The translations under genes and the position numbers were made by a program. A stretch of DNA of 27,589 nucleotides from a virus (lineage: Duplodnaviria; Caudoviricetes), in IMG/VR virus record IMGVR_UViG_3300048579_000451, positions 1-27,589 of that record. One strand, 5' to 3'. Numbering within the stretch: the first letter of the stretch is position 1; every line of letters begins with the position of its first letter. Positions 8,627 through 17,897 of the stretch are shown here, piece after piece. The notes under the pieces were generated by a model. That model saw nothing but the letters and a program-made list of their open reading frames with translations, searched no databases and was not told the origin of the DNA.

Positions 8627-9139
8627 ATGACTAAACTCGACAGCCACGAGACCAAGACCGCATTCGCCGCCCGCGTCGGCCTGACCAAGGGGCGCATCTC
8701 GCAGCTGGTGGCCGAGGGCCTGCCGGTGCGCGCCGATGGGCAGATCGACGTCGCGGTGGGCCTCGCCTGGATCGAGGACAACCTCGACCCCGCCCGCCGA
8801 AACAAGGGCGGTGCCAGCCCTTCCCCTGCCCGCGTCTCGACCACGCTGGCCGAGGCCAAGCGGCTCCATGAGATCGTGAAGGTGCAGCGTGCCAAGCTGG
8901 CCTTCGAGAAGGAACAAGGCCTACTGGTCGAAACCGCCGCCGCCACCCGCACCGTCTTCGCTCGCGCCCGTGCCGAACGCGACGCGCACATGGCCTGGGT
9001 GCAGCGCACCGCGCCGCTCTTGGCCGCCGAGGTCGGGGCCGATCCGCGCGCCACCTTCGCCGCGCTGGATCGAATGATGCGCGAGCATCTCGAACACCTG
9101 GCCGACCTGCCGCTCGGGAGCTTTGGCGATGGTGCCTGA
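8627..9139 (+). CDS. Terminase small subunit (Nu1-like)
   Basis: N-terminal HTH (KTAFAARVGLTKGRISQLVAEGLP) and a coiled-coil AKLAFEKEQGLLV segment. Overlaps the terL start. Confidence 0.8.
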   Translation: MTKLDSHETKTAFAARVGLTKGRISQLVAEGLPVRADGQIDVAVGLAWIEDNLDPARRNKGGASPSPARVSTTLAEAKRLHEIVKVQRAKLAFEKEQGLLVETAAATRTVFARARAERDAHMAWVQRTAPLLAAEVGADPRATFAALDRMMREHLEHLADLPLGSFGDGA

Positions 9140-10922
9140 GATTGACCTTGCCTGGCGGCGCGGCATCCGGCCCGAACCGCCTATCCCGGTGTCGGACTGG
9201 GCCGACCGCCATCGCATCCTGCCGCCCACCTCGGCAGAACCAGGCCGCTGGCGCACGGATCGCACGCCTTACCTGCGGGCGGTGATGGACGCCCTGTCCA
9301 CATCCAGCCCCTATGAACGGGTCGTGCTGATGAAGGGCGCGCAGACGGGCGGCTCGGAGGCCGGGCTGAACTGGCTCGGTTACATCATCCAGAACGCCCC
9401 CGGCATCGCCATGCTGGTCATGCCCTCGCTCGACATGGTGCGGCGCAACACCACCGTGCGGATCGATCCCCTGATCGAAGCCACCCCTGCCCTGCGCGAT
9501 CTGGTCTCTGCGCCCCGGTCCCGCGACGCCGGGAACAGCCTGTTCCGCAAATCCTTCCCCGGCGGCCAGCTGGTGATGACAGGTGCGAACAGCGCGGTCG
9601 GCCTGCGATCCACGCCGGTCCGCTACCTGTTCCTGGACGAGGTTGACGGCTATCCCGGCGATGCGGATGGCGAGGGTGATCCCGTCGATCTGGCCATCCA
9701 GCGCACCACCACCTTCCGGGGGCGGCGCAAGATCTACATGGTCTCCACGCCCACTCTGAAAGGCCATTCCCGCATCGAGGCGGCCTATCTCGACAGCGAC
9801 CAGCGGTATTTCCACGTCCCTTGCCAGCGCTGCGGCGACATGGCGCCGATCACCTGGGCGCGCATCCGCTGGCCCGAGGGGCAACGCGACGCCGCCTATC
9901 TGATCTGCGATGCCTGCGGCGGTGTGCATCATGAACACGACAAGCCCCGCCTTTTGGCCGCTGGCGAATGGAGTCCGACTGCGCCGGGCGATGGCCGCAC
10001 CGCAGGGTTCCACCTGTCGTCGCTCTATTCGCCATGGGAAACTTGGGCCGAGATCGCGCAGGAACATGCCCGCGTGGCCAAGGATCCCGCCCGCCTTCAG
10101 GTCTGGGTCAACACCAAGCTCGGCGAGTCCTGGGAGGACCAGGCGGGCGACACCGTCCCTGTCGATCCCCTCATTGCGCGGCGTGAGGACTGGGGCAGCG
10201 ACCTCGCCCCCGGCGTGGCGGTGCTGACGGCGGGCGTTGATGTGCAGGGCGACCGGCTCGAGGTGCAGATCGTCGGCTGGGGCCGGGACGAGGAGGCGTG
10301 GGTGATAGACTACCGCGTGCTTTGGGGCGACCCTTCGGGCCCGCGCCTCTGGTCCGATCTGGATGGCGTGCTGAACGGCACCTGGGGCGACCTGCCGGTG
10401 CGCGCCGTCGCGGTCGATACCGGCGGCCACCACACCAAGATGGCCTACGAATTCTGCCGCACCCGCCTCGCCCGCCGCGTCTGGGCGATCAAGGGCCGCG
10501 GCGGCCCCGGCATCCCGGTCTGGCCGCGCCGCCCGACCCGCACCAACAAGGGCAAGATCCCGCTGTTCATCGTCGGCGTCGATGCGGTGAAGGACGCCGT
10601 CTACGCCCGGCTGAAACTGACCGAGCCCGGCCCCGGCGCCATTCACTTCCCCCGCCGCCTCGACGCCGACTATTTCCGCCAGCTGACCGCCGAACGCGTC
10701 GTCACCCGCTTCGAGAAGGGCCGCCCCATCCGCTCATGGCAACCCAAGCGCGACGGCGAACGCAACGAGGCGCTGGACACCTTCGTCTACGCCCACGCCG
10801 CCTTGCAAGGGCTCATCAGCATGGGGATGCGGCTGAACGAGGAGGTTGAGAGCATGCGCGCGCCACCGGTGACGCACGGTGCAGCACCATCACGGGCCAT
10901 AAGGTCTGCTTGGATGGGTTAG
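9129..10922 (+). CDS. terL: Terminase large subunit, lambda GpA family
   Basis: TPYLR adenine-binding motif, Walker A KGAQTGGS, Walker B YLFLDEVD, STPT, CxxC pairs, and nuclease motifs GVDVQ and RNEALD. Confidence 0.95.
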   Translation: MVPEIDLAWRRGIRPEPPIPVSDWADRHRILPPTSAEPGRWRTDRTPYLRAVMDALSTSSPYERVVLMKGAQTGGSEAGLNWLGYIIQNAPGIAMLVMPSLDMVRRNTTVRIDPLIEATPALRDLVSAPRSRDAGNSLFRKSFPGGQLVMTGANSAVGLRSTPVRYLFLDEVDGYPGDADGEGDPVDLAIQRTTTFRGRRKIYMVSTPTLKGHSRIEAAYLDSDQRYFHVPCQRCGDMAPITWARIRWPEGQRDAAYLICDACGGVHHEHDKPRLLAAGEWSPTAPGDGRTAGFHLSSLYSPWETWAEIAQEHARVAKDPARLQVWVNTKLGESWEDQAGDTVPVDPLIARREDWGSDLAPGVAVLTAGVDVQGDRLEVQIVGWGRDEEAWVIDYRVLWGDPSGPRLWSDLDGVLNGTWGDLPVRAVAVDTGGHHTKMAYEFCRTRLARRVWAIKGRGGPGIPVWPRRPTRTNKGKIPLFIVGVDAVKDAVYARLKLTEPGPGAIHFPRRLDADYFRQLTAERVVTRFEKGRPIRSWQPKRDGERNEALDTFVYAHAALQGLISMGMRLNEEVESMRAPPVTHGAAPSRAIRSAWMG

Positions 10923-11097
10923 AGGACATACCACTCTCTCCGTTCTACGCGTGATCTCCCACCAATCCAGGACTATCGACTGGATTGGTGACGCGTTTTT
11001 GTGCTACGCAACATTTCGATGACGATGCGGCCACCTACACCACAGCGTGTGGCAGATGGGTGGAGTAACTGTCGAAAAATAGGAGCATGCTGGGCCG

Positions 11098-12435
11098 ATG
11101 ACAGCACACTATGATGCCAGCGAAAAGAGAGACGCGTTCAAGGGCGTAAGCCTGTTTGCGGGCGGAGGGATCGGCGACCTTGCCCTTCGTGCCGTTGGGG
11201 TTGATGTCATTGTAGCATCCGAACTGCTGCCCGACCGTGCTTCCGTTTTTCGATCCAACTACCCGAACACAACAATGGTCGAGGGTGATATTCGCAAGAC
11301 AAAGGCAGAAGTCATCGGGGAGGCCAAGAAAAGGCTTGAAGGGAGACCTCTTGACATTCTTTTTGCCACCCCACCGTGCCAAGGCATGTCGAAGAATGGC
11401 CGCGGAAAGCTGCTCCAGGGTGTTCGAAGCGGAGTGAAGCCAAAACTTGATGAGCGCAACAGACTTGCGCTTGATGCAGTAGAAGTCGCTCTAGCGCTGC
11501 GGCCTAAACTGGTGGTCTTCGAGAATGTACCGGAGATGCAGAATGCCGTTATCGAGCATGAAGGTCAGATGCGCGACCTGCTCGAGCTCATCTCCGAACT
11601 CTTGGCCCCAGACTATGAGGGAAAATGGGAAGTTGTAGAATTTGCTGACTACGGGGTGCCACAGCGACGTCAGCGGCTGATAACAGTCTTCACGCTAAAA
11701 TCGTCACTGCCCACTAATCTCAAGAAGTGGGCAGTTTTGCCAACGGCAACGCATTCCCAAAATCCAAGCATTTTTACTCGACCGTGGGTCACGGTGGACA
11801 AAGCGCTTTCAGGTGTGCCGCCGCTTGATGCCGCCAACAGGCAAATGGCGTCCCACAAAGACATCTCTTTCCACCGCGTCCCGATTCTCGACGATTCGAA
11901 GTATTTCTGGGTCTCAAATACCCCCCCAGGAAAGGGGGCCTTTGACAACCAGTGCGTCAATCCGGCCTGCGGGTTCGACAAGAATCCAACGCATGGATCG
12001 AAACACAACTCAGAGGGCATTAATCAAGCCAATCGCGACACGCCACTGAACTGCTTGAAGTGTGGCGAACTTCTGCCGAGGCCTTGGGTACAAGAAGGGA
12101 CTGAGTTCCGCCTAATGTCTGGTTTCACAAGCGCATACAAACGCATGCGGGGTGATCTGCCAGCCAGTGCTCTGACTAGGAACCTCTCCTATGCTTGCTC
12201 TGATCAGAAATTGCACCCGAGGGAACATAGGGTCCTGTCGCTCCATGAAGCCTTCATTCTTCACACGGTTGACGTTTATAATTTTGACTGGAGACGCGAC
12301 GATAACAAGACGCTATCCGACAAGACTATACGCGAAATCATCGGAGAAAGTATCCCCCCGAAAGGCTTGGAGGCGGTCTTTAAGCACCTAGTTGCAACTC
12401 ACCTTGATCGTCGAACGGCCGCTAGAGCTGCTTGA
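11098..12435 (+). CDS. DNA (cytosine-5) methyltransferase
   Basis: Motif I SLFAGGG, IV PPCQGMS, VI ENV, VIII GVPQRRQR, and a motif X variant IGESIPP. Lower GC than flanking genes. Confidence 0.93.
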   Translation: MTAHYDASEKRDAFKGVSLFAGGGIGDLALRAVGVDVIVASELLPDRASVFRSNYPNTTMVEGDIRKTKAEVIGEAKKRLEGRPLDILFATPPCQGMSKNGRGKLLQGVRSGVKPKLDERNRLALDAVEVALALRPKLVVFENVPEMQNAVIEHEGQMRDLLELISELLAPDYEGKWEVVEFADYGVPQRRQRLITVFTLKSSLPTNLKKWAVLPTATHSQNPSIFTRPWVTVDKALSGVPPLDAANRQMASHKDISFHRVPILDDSKYFWVSNTPPGKGAFDNQCVNPACGFDKNPTHGSKHNSEGINQANRDTPLNCLKCGELLPRPWVQEGTEFRLMSGFTSAYKRMRGDLPASALTRNLSYACSDQKLHPREHRVLSLHEAFILHTVDVYNFDWRRDDNKTLSDKTIREIIGESIPPKGLEAVFKHLVATHLDRRTAARAA

Positions 12436-13198
12436 TTGCTGCTGTCATCAGCTTGGCTTTGTTATGCTTGTCAAAGAACGACGCGTATGTTGACGACTTA
12501 ATCACGGTCACCCACCCTTCGTACATTTTCTTGACGCCGTCCCGCGTCATGATCGAAACGGAAGTAGTCCGGCCTCCGCCTTCCTTGGGCTGAACAATCT
12601 TCCCCCAATCATTCTCAACAAGATCAGCCCTGTAGAACACGGCAACGATGGTTGGGCAACGTTCTATGAAATCCCAGTAGATCCCAAAGAGATGATTTGT
12701 CTCGCGATGATGTGCCTTCCAATCATATCCCGTTGCAACGTGAATTCGCTGATCGCCGATGTCTGGCTTGTCGAAACCGCGTTTTAGACACACGGCTGGC
12801 GTGGGAACGCTGCCGCAAGTTGCCTTAACCTCAAAACCACCGGTAGGAAAAGGACTGAAGGGACCTTTCTCTCGCAGCCTCTTGGAAAGCGCGTCCCAAG
12901 CCGCATTGCCATCATCATCCATCAAGAGCAAATCGGGATACCCATCTTGGTGTGGATTCTTGCGAAGCAGGTCCGGGTGCTCCAAGATCATTGAAGCCGC
13001 AAAGACTTCCCCCACAAAGGCGCTGAGGTTTCTCATGCCCAGTATTTCAAAAACATTGACCTCGAAACTTGCCAGTTTGTCGACAATAGAGCGGGTCCGA
13101 TGAACAGCCCTCTCAATTTCATAGGGCTGCAAAGCATAACCTCTTGGGCCGACAACCGAAGAAGTGGGATTTGTTACATATTCAAACTTCACTGCCAT
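12422..13198 (-). CDS. Putative type II restriction endonuclease (PD-(D/E)XK)
   Basis: GYPDLL...FEVKAT catalytic pattern. Convergent with the MTase, overlapping it by 14 bp, and with the same lower GC. Confidence 0.7.
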   Translation of the reverse strand: MAVKFEYVTNPTSSVVGPRGYALQPYEIERAVHRTRSIVDKLASFEVNVFEILGMRNLSAFVGEVFAASMILEHPDLLRKNPHQDGYPDLLLMDDDGNAAWDALSKRLREKGPFSPFPTGGFEVKATCGSVPTPAVCLKRGFDKPDIGDQRIHVATGYDWKAHHRETNHLFGIYWDFIERCPTIVAVFYRADLVENDWGKIVQPKEGGGRTTSVSIMTRDGVKKMYEGWVTVIKSSTYASFFDKHNKAKLMTAAIKQL

Positions 13199-13477
13199 TT
13201 TTTCTTGTCACCGTTTCTTCAATTAAGGCGCAGATCCAGTGCGGATAGTGTCGGTTTCCTATCGCTGAGGCTTCTTGGCGGTTCGGTCGTCCACCTGGAT
13301 TTGGGCAGCAGTATCAGGCGAAGTGATTGAACACAATCACGCCTCGCTCATACGCACTTGCGTTCGAGTACTTCGCAGCTCGTTCAGCGGTGACCTGATC
13401 CGTATCTTCCTGACATTCCCGATCCTTCCCAACCGCTCTGATACCCCGACGATGCCGTGCATGAGACACTCCGCGCC

Positions 13478-14887
13478 ATGCGGACGCTCCTCCATCGCCT
13501 TTTCGGTCTCACGCGCACGCGCGGCTTTGACGCTGCGGGTGGTGGTCGTCGTTGGGAGGGGGCACGGACGGTCGATGGGCTGAACACGGCGATCCTCGCG
13601 GGCGCGACCACGGCGGCACGGCGGGCCGGGTGGTATGCGCGCAACAACCCTTGGGTCGCGGCGGCGGTGGACAGCCTGGTGGGGAATGTCGTCGGCGCCG
13701 GGATCAAGCCGCAATCCACTCATCCCGACCGGGCGGTGCGTGAACGCCTGCAAATGATGTGGTTGCGCTGGACTGATCATGCCGATCCGGGTGGGCTGGC
13801 GGACTTCTATGGGCTGCAGGCTATGGCCGTGCGGGCGATGGTTGAGGGCGGCGAGAGTTTCGCCCGATTGCGTGTGGTGCCGGATGCTGCCAGCGTTCCC
13901 TTGCACATCGACCTACTGGATCGGGACCAGGTGCCGCTGGACCTGCACCGCGACATCGGCGGCGGCGCACGCGTTCGAGCAGGGATCGAGTTCAATGGCA
14001 CAGGGCAGCGCACCGCCTACTGGGTGATGCGCGACCGGCCCGGCGATCCGCTGACCTCGCTGCGGCTGGAACCGCTGCGCCTGCCCGCCACTGACTTCCT
14101 GCATCTCTTCAAGCCCCTGGCCGCAGGCCAGTTGCGCGGGATCACCTGGCTCGCCCCAGTGCTGCTGCGGTTGCACGAACTGGACCAGTTCGAGGACGCG
14201 GCGCTTGTGAAGGCCAAGGTGGCGGCGCTGTTCACCGGCTTCATCACCGACCCTGACGGCACGGCAGGGGGGCTTTCCGGCACCAACACCAACGGCGCGC
14301 TGACGGTCGGCATGGAACCCGGCAGCCTGATCCCTCTGCCCCCTGGCACCGATATCCGCTTTTCCAACCCGACCGAGCACGACGCCTACGCGCCGTTTGT
14401 GAAGAACCACCTTCGCGCCGTCGCGGCCGGGATGGGCCTGCCCTACGAACTGGTCTCGGGCGATCTGGAGGGCGTGACCTACTCCTCGATCCGCGCCGGG
14501 CTGATCGAGTTCCGCCGCCGCGTTGAGCAGTTGCAGCACAACGTGGTCGTCCATCTGTTCTGCCGCCCGGTCTGGGAACGCTTCGTGCGGCTGGCGGTGC
14601 TGTCGGGCGACCTGCCCGCGCGGGATTTCGACCGCGATCCTGCCACCTATCTCGCCTGCGAATGGCTACCGCCCAAGTTCGACTACGTCGATCCGAAGAA
14701 GGACGTCGAAGCCGAGATCCTCGCCATCAACGCCGGTCTCAAGAGCCGTAGGCAGGCGATTTCCGAACGGGGCTACGACGCCGAACAGGTCGATGCCGAG
14801 ATCGCCGCCGACAAAGCGCGGTCGGATGCGCTAGGCCTGAGCTTCGGCGCGGCGCCCGCAGCAAAAGAGGACACCGCCGATGACTGA
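13478..14887 (+). CDS. Phage portal protein, lambda family
   Basis: ARNNPW, VVGAGIKP, GIEF, QLRGITWLAP, YSSIRAGL and VDPKKDVEA motifs of lambda-type portals. Start taken at ATG 13478; the ORF track has 13457. Confidence 0.93.
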   Translation: MRTLLHRLFGLTRTRGFDAAGGGRRWEGARTVDGLNTAILAGATTAARRAGWYARNNPWVAAAVDSLVGNVVGAGIKPQSTHPDRAVRERLQMMWLRWTDHADPGGLADFYGLQAMAVRAMVEGGESFARLRVVPDAASVPLHIDLLDRDQVPLDLHRDIGGGARVRAGIEFNGTGQRTAYWVMRDRPGDPLTSLRLEPLRLPATDFLHLFKPLAAGQLRGITWLAPVLLRLHELDQFEDAALVKAKVAALFTGFITDPDGTAGGLSGTNTNGALTVGMEPGSLIPLPPGTDIRFSNPTEHDAYAPFVKNHLRAVAAGMGLPYELVSGDLEGVTYSSIRAGLIEFRRRVEQLQHNVVVHLFCRPVWERFVRLAVLSGDLPARDFDRDPATYLACEWLPPKFDYVDPKKDVEAEILAINAGLKSRRQAISERGYDAEQVDAEIAADKARSDALGLSFGAAPAAKEDTADD

Positions 14888-16682
14888 TACCATCACCCTG
14901 CTGATCCGCCGCGCCGATCTGGCCCCGGCCAGCGCCGACCGCGACAACCGCACCGTCGAGGTGATCTGGTCCACCGGCGCGCCCGTGCGCCGCCGCGACA
15001 TGGCGGGCCAGTACATCGAACGCCTCAGCCTTGCGCCGGAAGCAGTGGACCTGTCGCGCCTGCAAGGGGCCAGCGTCCTCGATGCCCACCGGCAATCCGC
15101 CGTCCGCGACGTGCTGGGCAGCGTGCAATCGGCCGCTGTCGATGGCCAGCGCGGCACGGCGCTGATCCGCTTCTCGTCCCGGCCCGAGGTGGAACCGCTC
15201 TGGCAGGACGTCCTTTCCGGGATCCTTCGCCACGTTTCGGTCGGCTACTCGGTCGAGGAATGGGCCGAGACCACCGATAACGGCGCGCGTGTGCTGACCG
15301 CCGTGCGCTGGACGCCCCACGAGATATCCCTGGTGCCGACGCCCGCCGATCCCGGCGCCCACATCCGCATGGAGACCCACATGACCGACATCACCATCAC
15401 CCCGGCCCCGCCCGAGGCGCAATCCCGCGCCGCGATCAACACCGATATCCGCTCCATCGCCCGCATCGCCGGGCTGGACCAGTCCTGGATCGACGGCCAG
15501 ATCGACGCCGCCGCCGATGCCGACAGCGCCCGTCGTGCCGCCTTCGAGGCGCTGGCGACCCGAAGTGCTCCGACGATCCGCACCGAACAGGTGCGTGTCG
15601 AGATGGGCGACAGCCTGGACGACCCGACCCTGCGTGCCCGTCAGATGGGCGAGGCTCTCTATGCACGCATCAACCCGCGCCATCAGCTGTCGGACCCGGC
15701 CCGCCGCTATGCCTATGCCACGCCGGTGGACATGGCCAAGGAACTGCTGACCCTGCGCGGCGAGTCCACGATGGCGCTGTCGCCCGCAAGCCTCGTCACC
15801 CGCGCCCTGCACACGACCTCGGACTTCCCGATCATCCTCGGCAATACCGTGGGCCGGGTGCTGCGCGATGCCTACCAGGCCGCGCCTTCCGGCATCCGTC
15901 GCCTTGGCCACCAGACCTCGGCACGGGATTTCAGGTCGGTGAACAAGATCATGCTGGGCGAAGCGCCGCTCTTGGAGAAGCTGAACGAGGCGGGCGAGAT
16001 CAAGGCCGGGACGATGGCCGAGGCGCGCGAGGCCTACAAGATCGAGACCTGGGCCAAGAAGATCGGCATCACCCGGCAGGTGCTGGTCAATGACGACCTC
16101 GGCGCCTTCGCGGACCTCGCGCGCCGAATGGGTCAGGGGGCTGCAGAGACCGAGGCGCGTATCCTCGTCAGCCTCCTGGAGGCGAACAGCGGCAACGGGC
16201 CGACCCTGTCGGACAACAAGGCACTGTTCCATGTTGATCACGGCAACAAGGCAGGTGCTGGCGCGGTAATTTCCGATGCAACCCTGTCCGCAGCCCGGCT
16301 GGCGCTGCGCACCCAGAAGGGGATCGACGGGCGCATCATCCGCGTGACGCCGAAGAACCTGCTGGTCCCGCCCGCGCTGGAGACCGTGGCCGAGAAGTGG
16401 CTTGCCACCATCGCGCCCGCCAGCGCCGCCGACGTGAACCCCTTCTCGGGTGCCATGTCGCTGGTGGTCGAACCGCGCCTGAGCAGCGCGACCCGCTGGT
16501 ATGTGACGGCAGACCCCGGCGAGATCGACGGCCTCGAGTTCGCCTATCTCTCGGGCAACGAGGGGCCCCAGGTGGAAAGCCGGTCGGGATGGGATGTCGA
16601 TGGCGTGGAAATCAGGGTGATCCTCGATTTCGGCGCAGGCTTCATCGACCACCGCGGCTGGTTCCAGAACCCCGGGGCGTAA
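14880..16682 (+). CDS. Prohead protease / major capsid protein fusion
   Basis: N-terminal HK97-type protease (LDAH, VSVGY, EISLVPTPAD), then a linker, then a capsid domain with TTSDFPIIL, VNDDLG and LFHVDHGN motifs. Overlaps the portal stop. Confidence 0.9.
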   Translation: MTDTITLLIRRADLAPASADRDNRTVEVIWSTGAPVRRRDMAGQYIERLSLAPEAVDLSRLQGASVLDAHRQSAVRDVLGSVQSAAVDGQRGTALIRFSSRPEVEPLWQDVLSGILRHVSVGYSVEEWAETTDNGARVLTAVRWTPHEISLVPTPADPGAHIRMETHMTDITITPAPPEAQSRAAINTDIRSIARIAGLDQSWIDGQIDAAADADSARRAAFEALATRSAPTIRTEQVRVEMGDSLDDPTLRARQMGEALYARINPRHQLSDPARRYAYATPVDMAKELLTLRGESTMALSPASLVTRALHTTSDFPIILGNTVGRVLRDAYQAAPSGIRRLGHQTSARDFRSVNKIMLGEAPLLEKLNEAGEIKAGTMAEAREAYKIETWAKKIGITRQVLVNDDLGAFADLARRMGQGAAETEARILVSLLEANSGNGPTLSDNKALFHVDHGNKAGAGAVISDATLSAARLALRTQKGIDGRIIRVTPKNLLVPPALETVAEKWLATIAPASAADVNPFSGAMSLVVEPRLSSATRWYVTADPGEIDGLEFAYLSGNEGPQVESRSGWDVDGVEIRVILDFGAGFIDHRGWFQNPGA

Positions 16683-16683
16683 G

Positions 16684-16893
16684 ATGGCCGACCTCGCCCA
16701 ACTCACCGCCTGGCGCGACGCCCTGATGGCCGCCCGCTATCAGGGCGTCCGCACCGTCGAATACGACGGCAAGCGGGTGACCTATGCCAGCGATGCGGAA
16801 ATGGCAGCGGCGCTGGGCGATCTCAACCGCCTGATCACCGGCACCACGGCCCGCATCGCCGTGGTCCGCATCCAATCCTCGAAAGGGCTTTGA
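16684..16893 (+). CDS. Head-tail joining protein, lambda gpW-like
   Basis: 69 aa helix-hairpin-helix pattern with GVRTVEYDGKRVTY. Confidence 0.82.
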   Translation: MADLAQLTAWRDALMAARYQGVRTVEYDGKRVTYASDAEMAAALGDLNRLITGTTARIAVVRIQSSKGL

Positions 16894-16895
16894 CC

Positions 16896-17240
16896 ATGAA
16901 GAACCACACTCAGAAAGGCGACGTCATCACCGTGCTCGCTCCCGCAGGCGGCATCGCCTCTGGCGAGGGAGCGATCATCGGCAACATCTTCGGCATCGCC
17001 GCATATGCGGCCGCCGTGGGCGAACCGGTCGAACTGGCCACCACCGGCGTCTATCAGCTGCCGAAAGCCACCGCTGCGGTTCTGACGGTCGGCGCACGCG
17101 TGGCCTGGGACAACACGGCCAAAAACATCAACGTGCCGGGCACCGGGCGCTTCCCTGTCGGCATCGCGACCGAGGCGGCCGGAAACGGCATCACCAGCGT
17201 CGCGGTGCGGCTGGACGGCGTGGCAACGGTGGCGGCATGA
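16896..17240 (+). CDS. DUF2190 family capsid decoration/cement-like protein
   Basis: MKNHTQKGDVIT...G.FGIA...TGVYQLPK...VAWD...GIATEAA...VRL pattern. Position follows the capsid and gpW-like genes. Confidence 0.85.
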   Translation: MKNHTQKGDVITVLAPAGGIASGEGAIIGNIFGIAAYAAAVGEPVELATTGVYQLPKATAAVLTVGARVAWDNTAKNINVPGTGRFPVGIATEAAGNGITSVAVRLDGVATVAA

Positions 17241-17533
17241 TGGAGCGGGACATTCGCGCAGTGCTGGATGGCCTCGGGCTACTGGTCCAGGACAGCAAGG
17301 ACGCAGGCAAGCTGCAAGCCATGCGCAACTATGCGGTCATCATGACCCTGTGCGCCGACCTCCGGAGGTCGGCCGAGGAGTACAATGGCACGCGGAACAT
17401 CACCATGGTCATCAGCGAGTTGGAGAACCACATGGCGGCCGTCGCCGGGCTGTTCCCGACTTGGGACTTGCCGAAGGATCAACACCTCGTAGGCGCACAT
17501 TCCGCCATCAGCAAGCTGGCCATGGGCACATGA
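17237..17533 (+). CDS. Hypothetical protein, last gene of the head operon
   Basis: ATGA overlap with the DUF2190 stop; plausible, mostly helical 98-aa product. Confidence 0.6.
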   Translation: MMERDIRAVLDGLGLLVQDSKDAGKLQAMRNYAVIMTLCADLRRSAEEYNGTRNITMVISELENHMAAVAGLFPTWDLPKDQHLVGAHSAISKLAMGT

Positions 17534-17565
17534 TTTGGCCAGTCAACCTAGTCGGGAAGGAATGT

Positions 17566-17781
17566 TCAGGCGGCGTTCTCGCCCTCGCCGAACGCCATGT
17601 CGGTGATCTCGCGGAGGCAGGCACGGTAATGTTCCAGCGTGCAGACATGGCCCCAGTTCAACTCGTCGGGGCTGTAGCCGAAGTGGTCGGCGCTGTGGGC
17701 GACCAACCGGGCCAGCATGGCGTCGATCTCGATCTTCGCGGCGATGAAGGCGTCCAGTGCGGTGTCGTTCGTCTTGGGCAT
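17566..17781 (-). CDS. Small hypothetical phage-type protein
   Basis: ALDAFIAAKIEIDAMLARL...DHF...NWGHV pattern recalled from alphaproteobacterial prophage small ORFs. Start taken at ATG 17781; the ORF track extends it to 17868. Confidence 0.65.
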   Translation of the reverse strand: MPKTNDTALDAFIAAKIEIDAMLARLVAHSADHFGYSPDELNWGHVCTLEHYRACLREITDMAFGEGENAA

Positions 17782-17897
17782 GGCGGTTCCGGATTTGGCT
17801 TCGGGGACATGACGGCTGGGCCGTCTTGATATAGCAAGTTGTTTTCGGTCGGCATTTCGGTGTTTCATCGGAGCACACCAACCTGATCGATTGGGCT

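Noticed and set aside
8295-8630. 111-aa ORF between primase and terS
   Set aside because: It runs across the iteron inverted repeat and the cos-like site and has no recognisable protein features; better explained as non-coding cis elements.
8631-10646. 671-aa minus-strand ORF (likewise 14739-16706, 7349-8401, 23699-24802, and the same-strand frame-shifted 3497-4411)
   Set aside because: Shadow or alternate-frame ORFs over well-supported genes, expected in high-GC coding DNA. They are Arg/Gly/Ala/Pro-rich with no motifs.
8627-17533. Gene transfer agent cluster or complete prophage
   Set aside because: RcGTA-type clusters lack integrase, primase and att repeats and include tail genes. A complete prophage would need tail and lysis genes, which are absent between intact att sites.
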